Below are positions 35,988-40,264 of a DNA stretch of 40,264 nt, one piece after another (position 1 is the first letter of the stretch; every line of letters begins with the position of its first letter). Origin of the DNA: Candidatus Hydrogenedentes bacterium UBA2224 (GTDB lineage: Bacteria; Hydrogenedentota; Hydrogenedentia; Hydrogenedentales; SLHB01). The notes beneath the pieces were generated by a model, which was given only the letters and a program-made list of their open reading frames with translations, did not search any database and was not told the DNA's origin. The position numbers were made by a program, and so were the translations under genes. The stretch is taken from positions 3,336 to 43,599 of the forward strand of contig DDYW01000063.1 in NCBI GenBank assembly GCA_002348185.1, written 5' to 3'.

Positions 35988-38042
35988 TCAAACACCTTCT
36001 TCCCACTGCGGTTCGAACTGCAGAAAGAGCGTGTAAATTCCCCGCATCACCTTGAACACGACCGTTTTGGGCTTCTCCGTTGCGATCGCATCCATTTTCT
36101 GTTCGAACCAGTCGACATCCACGACTCTGTCGCCGTTGACTTCCATAATCAGGTCGGAAACGCCCAGCATGCCCAGCGCCGCCCAGCTCCCCGACTTGAT
36201 CTCCTCCACAAGCACCCCGGTCTTGTCCGCTTCCCACTCTTCGCGCGCCCGGTCGAAGAAGGTGATGTCACGCACAGTGAACTCGAAATCAGTATCCCGG
36301 TACTTCTTCATCTCCCGGTCGAGCTTCGGCGCGGCGATCAACTCCACGGGGATGGTCTTCGTCTCGCCGCTGCGCTTGACCGACAGTTCGGCGGAGGTCC
36401 CCACCTTGTATTGGCGAATCAGGACGGGAAGCTCCTCGTAGTCCTCCGGGGCGTCGGCCTCGAGTTCCATGCCGTCCACGGCAAGAATGAGGTCGCCGAC
36501 GAGCAGCCCGGCCTTCTCGGCGGTGCTGCCGGGATAGATCCGCGTGACACGAAACCCCTTCAGGGCTTCATCGCCCAGCGTGCGGGCGATGTCGCGCGTG
36601 ATCACCTGCGTTTCGACCGGCAGCCAGGCCTTTTTGACTTCGAGACCGGGGTCTTTGAGTTCCTGTATCCCCACCTCGACGACGGTCACGAGCTGTTGTT
36701 CGCGCCGTTCAAATTGCACGAGCACGGGCGTGGGCTCGGTCTTGCCCTCGGTCTGGGCCGCGGTAAGCTGCTTCATCTCCTCGACATTCTTGACGGGCGT
36801 GTCCGCGACCGCCGTGATGACGTCCTTTTCCTCGAGCGCGGGTTTGGCGTCCCCCGCGGGCCCGCCGGGCCGTACCGAGGTGATGATGACGCCGTCCTGG
36901 TTCTCACGCCGCAGTTCCCGGGCCTTCAAAAACGAGATGTCCTGGACGGTCAGGCCCCACTGTTTCAGTTCCGACTGTTTCGGAGACGCCTCGTTGCGTT
37001 TGACAGGGGTCATCGTCAGGGTCTGCTCGACGCCGTCGCGCGAGAAGGCGGCCTCGACCGGTTCCCCGATGGTCAGGCCCGCCACAAAACGGTTGAAGAG
37101 CGGAATCTGCTCATCAAACTCCACGTCGATGTCCTGGCCGGCGAGGCGCAGCAGATAGTCACCGGCCTTGAGCCCGGCGTCGCCCGCGGGGGTGGTCTTC
37201 ATGACGTTTCCGACCAGCGCGCCGCGGTCCATCGGGCTGTATTTGAAGCGCGGCTGGATGTCGAACCCAAGCCAGGCGCGTTCCACCTCGCCTTTTTCAA
37301 GCAGGACCGACGCAACTTTCTGAGCAAGCTCGCTGGGAATGGCCCCGCCCAGTCCGCCCACGCGGATCTCGTTGATGCCGATGATCTCGCCCTGCAGGTT
37401 GACCAGCGGTCCCCCGCTGTTGCCGCCGTAGATCTGCGCGTCATGGCCGAGCCAGACGACAAACGAGCCGACGTCTTCGCCGTCCTCGTCCATGCGGCGC
37501 ATGGGGCCGAACCATCGCGGCATGATCATCTCGGTGTTGCTGATGATGCCCAGCGTGACGGACTGCGACAGGGCCATGGGACTGCCCATGGCAAGCACGT
37601 GGTCCCCCACCTTCACCTGCGTGGAATCGCCCCAGGGCGCCGTGGGAAACTGCCGGGGAGATTCGGGAGCGAGCTTCAACAACGCGATGTCCGACAGGGG
37701 GTCGCGCCCGACCAGTCTGGCCGCAATCTTCTCTTTGGTCGACAGGGTGCATACCATCCGGGTGGCGCGGCCCGCCACATGATGGTTGGTGACCACATGC
37801 CCTTCCGGCGTGATGATCACGCCGCTGCCGGACGATTCGTACTTGACCTCGCGCCCTTCGTAATAGTCGGGCGTGACGACCTCGATCCGCACGAGGGCTG
37901 GTTTCACCATCGCCACCGCGGCATCCACGGAACTGCGCAGGGACTCGGGGATTCCCGCCGGGGCAGGTTCCTGCGCGGAGGAGGGGGCCACGGACACGAA
38001 GAGAACCAGCATCATCAGACCGGCAACAATACGGAGTCTCAT
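35988..38042 (-). CDS. HtrA/DegP-family serine protease with four PDZ domains
   Basis: Signal peptide, GSGVII, TNHHV, DIALLK, GGNSGGPL, then four PDZ-like repeats. TAAGGA RBS upstream. Confidence 0.92.
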   Translation of the reverse strand: MRLRIVAGLMMLVLFVSVAPSSAQEPAPAGIPESLRSSVDAAVAMVKPALVRIEVVTPDYYEGREVKYESSGSGVIITPEGHVVTNHHVAGRATRMVCTLSTKEKIAARLVGRDPLSDIALLKLAPESPRQFPTAPWGDSTQVKVGDHVLAMGSPMALSQSVTLGIISNTEMIMPRWFGPMRRMDEDGEDVGSFVVWLGHDAQIYGGNSGGPLVNLQGEIIGINEIRVGGLGGAIPSELAQKVASVLLEKGEVERAWLGFDIQPRFKYSPMDRGALVGNVMKTTPAGDAGLKAGDYLLRLAGQDIDVEFDEQIPLFNRFVAGLTIGEPVEAAFSRDGVEQTLTMTPVKRNEASPKQSELKQWGLTVQDISFLKARELRRENQDGVIITSVRPGGPAGDAKPALEEKDVITAVADTPVKNVEEMKQLTAAQTEGKTEPTPVLVQFERREQQLVTVVEVGIQELKDPGLEVKKAWLPVETQVITRDIARTLGDEALKGFRVTRIYPGSTAEKAGLLVGDLILAVDGMELEADAPEDYEELPVLIRQYKVGTSAELSVKRSGETKTIPVELIAAPKLDREMKKYRDTDFEFTVRDITFFDRAREEWEADKTGVLVEEIKSGSWAALGMLGVSDLIMEVNGDRVVDVDWFEQKMDAIATEKPKTVVFKVMRGIYTLFLQFEPQWEEGV

Positions 38043-38176
38043 GGGCGTTTCCTTACACGGCGTTACTGATTGGGAGTTCGCTCGCACCAACGCGGAGCCG
38101 CTGTATCCTGCTGGACGCTATCCGGTGATCTGTCAGGGAGATTGCGCATGCCCTTCCCGTCGGCATCCACACGGCG

Positions 38177-38205
38177 ATTATGGTCAAGGCGTGCAGACGT
38201 GTCAA
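38177..38205 (-). promoter_or_regulatory. Sigma70-like promoter for the htrA operon
   Basis: TTGACA (38200-38205), 17-nt spacer, CATAAT (38177-38182) on the minus strand. Confidence 0.65.
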
Positions 38206-38287
38206 GGAGCGCGAAAAACCCTGAATCGCCCGGTAAGCACGGCGTAAATGCGGTTGCCGCTGACGGGGCCAGAAGAACGCGCTGCGT

Positions 38288-38478
38288 GCCCGCCGGTCGA
38301 GCGCGGAGCTGTGGACGCGATGGACCCAGTGGACTGGGTGGACAAGCCGGACGGGACACCGGGGGCAAAGAGTCCAGCCCCGTCCGCCTCGTCGCCATCC
38401 GGATTTCGAACCCCTTCGCAATCGTGCAGGCCGGCACGTCCAGGTGGTCCATAACGTCCATACGGTCCACAACGTCCA
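38288..38478 (-). repeat. Dispersed intergenic element, copy B: inverted 9-bp-period TGGAC / GTCCA arrays
   Basis: Plus-strand TGGAC at 38312, 38321, 38330, 38339 (CGGAC at 38348). GTCCA at 38438, 38447, 38456, 38465, 38474. Its reverse complement aligns with 7800-8029. Confidence 0.85.
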
Positions 38479-38520
38479 CCACGCCACCGCCGATTGCCTC
38501 CCTCGGAAATTTCCTCGTCC

Positions 38521-38554
38521 GAACGGGGACACGTTGTCGTGCCGCGGACGGCGC
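38521..38554 (+). repeat. 34-bp GAACGGGGACACGT-type repeat, copy 1
   Basis: 32/34 identical to 40147-40180. Confidence 0.85.
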
Positions 38555-38663
38555 CCCGGAAACGGATGCTCCAGCGCGTTTCGTCCTGAAGAGGCAAGCG
38601 CAGAGGAGTATTGTGGTAAAAACGTCCCGGCGTTAAACTGACGTTCCGGGAGGGTTGGGCGCC

Positions 38664-40142
38664 ATGCTTGAAACGGTTGATCTGAAGGCCAGACTCGCCA
38701 AGGCCGATTACAAAACGACGATGGAGCGTCTGGATCTGCATCTGGCGCAGTTGCAGCGGGACTTGCGCACCGCGGGCGTGCCCGTGATGGCGGTGTTTGA
38801 GGGCTGGGACGCCTCCGGCAAGGGCTCCGTACTCGGGCGTATCCTGCAGGCGTTTGATCCGCGCGGGTTCAAGGTGCACAACATCGGTCCCGCCTCGCCG
38901 CCGGAGCGGTATTGGCCGCCGATGACGCGGTTCTGGAGCCTCACCCCTGCTGACGGGCAGATCGCCATCTACAATCATAGCTGGTACCGGGAGGTGCTGA
39001 ATGAACGCGTCGAAAACGGCGTGTCCGCCCGGGCGCTGCAAGAAGCCAACGAGCGCATCCGCGTGTTTGAACGGCAATTGAGCGACGACGGCGCGGTGAT
39101 CGTCAAGTTCTTTCTGCATATCGACAAGAAGGAGCAGGCCAGGCGGTTTCGCAAGTTGCGCAAGGACCCCGCGTACGCGTGGAAAGTCGGCAAGGATGAG
39201 CTGCGCCGCCACAAGCTGTACCGCCAGTATGCCGCGGCTGTCGAGGACATGCTGCGCGAAACCTCCACGCCCTGCGCTCCCTGGGCCATCGTGCCCGCCA
39301 CCGACGACCGGTTCGCGCGCGTGACGGTGGCCGAAACCCTGGCGGCCGCCTTCGAGCGCGCCCTGGCGGCCCGGAAATCGCCTTCGGCGGCAAAGAAGAA
39401 GGCGCCCGCCCGGCGGCGCACGAGTCCGCTGGACCGGGTTGACCTCAAGGCTGCTTTGGAGGAAAAGCAGTACGACGAACGGATGGAGGAGCTCCAGCAC
39501 GAGTCCCGCCGGCTCCAGCATCTCTGCTACCGCGAACGCGTTCCCGTGGTGATTGTCTATGAGGGATGGGACGCGGCCGGGAAGGGCGGCAACATCCGGC
39601 GGCTTCTGGCCGAACTGGATCCGCGAGGGTATGAGGTGGTGCCGGTGGGCGCCCCCGTGGGCGACGAGCGGACGCACCATTACTTGTGGCGGTTCTGGCG
39701 GTCGCTTCCCAAGGCGGGCCATTTTACGGTGTTTGACCGGAGCTGGTACGGGCGCGTGATGGTGGAACGAATCGAAGGGTTCGCGACTCCCGGCGAATGG
39801 GAGCGGGCCTACCGGGAAATCAACGAATTCGAAGAGCAGCTGGTCGAATACGGGACGGTGGTCATCAAGTTCTGGCTCCATATTTCCAAAGACGAGCAAC
39901 TGGCCCGGTTTGAAGCCCGGCAGAATACCCCCCACAAACGCTGGAAGATCACCGAGGAGGATTGGCGAAACCGGGAGCACTGGAACGACTATTGGGCCGC
40001 CGTCTCCGAGATGATCGAACGCACCTCCACCGTCGGCGCGCCCTGGACCATCATCGCCGGGAACGACAAAAAGTATGCGCGGGTCCAAACGCTGGAGACC
40101 GTCGTGGATCGCGTTTCCGGGCGACTGAAAGCCGCGACATGA
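38664..40142 (+). CDS. pap: Two-domain polyphosphate kinase 2 (polyphosphate:AMP phosphotransferase-type, class II)
   Basis: Tandem PPK2 domains: FEGWDASGKG / YNHSWY and YEGWDAAGKGG / FDRSWYGRV, KFWLHISKDEQ. GGAGG RBS upstream. Confidence 0.9.
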   Translation: MLETVDLKARLAKADYKTTMERLDLHLAQLQRDLRTAGVPVMAVFEGWDASGKGSVLGRILQAFDPRGFKVHNIGPASPPERYWPPMTRFWSLTPADGQIAIYNHSWYREVLNERVENGVSARALQEANERIRVFERQLSDDGAVIVKFFLHIDKKEQARRFRKLRKDPAYAWKVGKDELRRHKLYRQYAAAVEDMLRETSTPCAPWAIVPATDDRFARVTVAETLAAAFERALAARKSPSAAKKKAPARRRTSPLDRVDLKAALEEKQYDERMEELQHESRRLQHLCYRERVPVVIVYEGWDAAGKGGNIRRLLAELDPRGYEVVPVGAPVGDERTHHYLWRFWRSLPKAGHFTVFDRSWYGRVMVERIEGFATPGEWERAYREINEFEEQLVEYGTVVIKFWLHISKDEQLARFEARQNTPHKRWKITEEDWRNREHWNDYWAAVSEMIERTSTVGAPWTIIAGNDKKYARVQTLETVVDRVSGRLKAAT

Positions 40143-40146
40143 ACAC

Positions 40147-40199
40147 GAACGGGGACACGTAGTCGCGCCGCGGACGGCGCTTGGGACATGTCCCCGTTC
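40147..40199 (+). repeat. 34-bp repeat copy 2, forming a hairpin (GAACGGGGACA...TGTCCCCGTTC) right after the ppk2 stop
   Basis: 11-bp perfect inverted arms at 40147-40157 and 40189-40199. Internal palindrome GGGACATGTCCC. Confidence 0.8.
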
Positions 40200-40215
40200 T
40201 CTTTGCCCTTGTATT

Positions 40216-40241
40216 GTAGGGGCAGCCCCCCGTGGCTGCCC
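40216..40241 (+). repeat. GTAG-family REP-like hairpin
   Basis: GTAG followed by a perfect 8-bp stem: GGGCAGCC-ccccgt-GGCTGCCC. Confidence 0.7.
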
Positions 40242-40250
40242 ATCCGGTTC

Positions 40251-40264
40251 GAACGGGGACACGT
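40251..40264 (+). repeat. Third copy of GAACGGGGACACGT, cut by the window end
   Basis: 14/14 identical to the starts of 38521 and 40147. Confidence 0.8.

Overview
GC-rich bacterial chromosomal window, densely coding and mostly on the minus strand. It looks like core genome: I found no rRNA, tRNA, CRISPR array, integrase or transposase. The DUF1559/H-X9-DG protein, Tat sulfatase and secreted glycosidase-like proteins suggest a PVC-like or Ca. Hydrogenedentes-like organism (inference only). In order, the window holds: a 5'-truncated GH78 rhamnosidase fused in frame to an L,D-transpeptidase (YkuD) domain; a GT2-ispA-GH42-like operon; a DUF1559-type protein; a PfkB kinase; a HAD hydrolase; GTP-PEPCK; a secreted Asp-box/beta-propeller protein; an HTH-REC regulator, hybrid kinase and heterodimeric ABC exporter operon; a JAB-DinG, pgi, TPR operon; cysI-cysH; folM-folB-folK-folE; a sulfatase; a 4-PDZ HtrA protease followed by a catalytically dead paralog; and a two-domain PPK2. 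The most notable signals are (1) the GH78-YkuD fusion, (2) two homologous ~200-bp intergenic elements 30 kb apart, built from inverted 9-bp-period TGGAC/GTCCA arrays, (3) the HtrA/pseudoprotease pair, (4) a membrane-anchored GH42-like protein that may lack its catalytic glutamates, and (5) REP-like repeats flanking ppk2. All calls come from motif reading by eye; no database searches were run.
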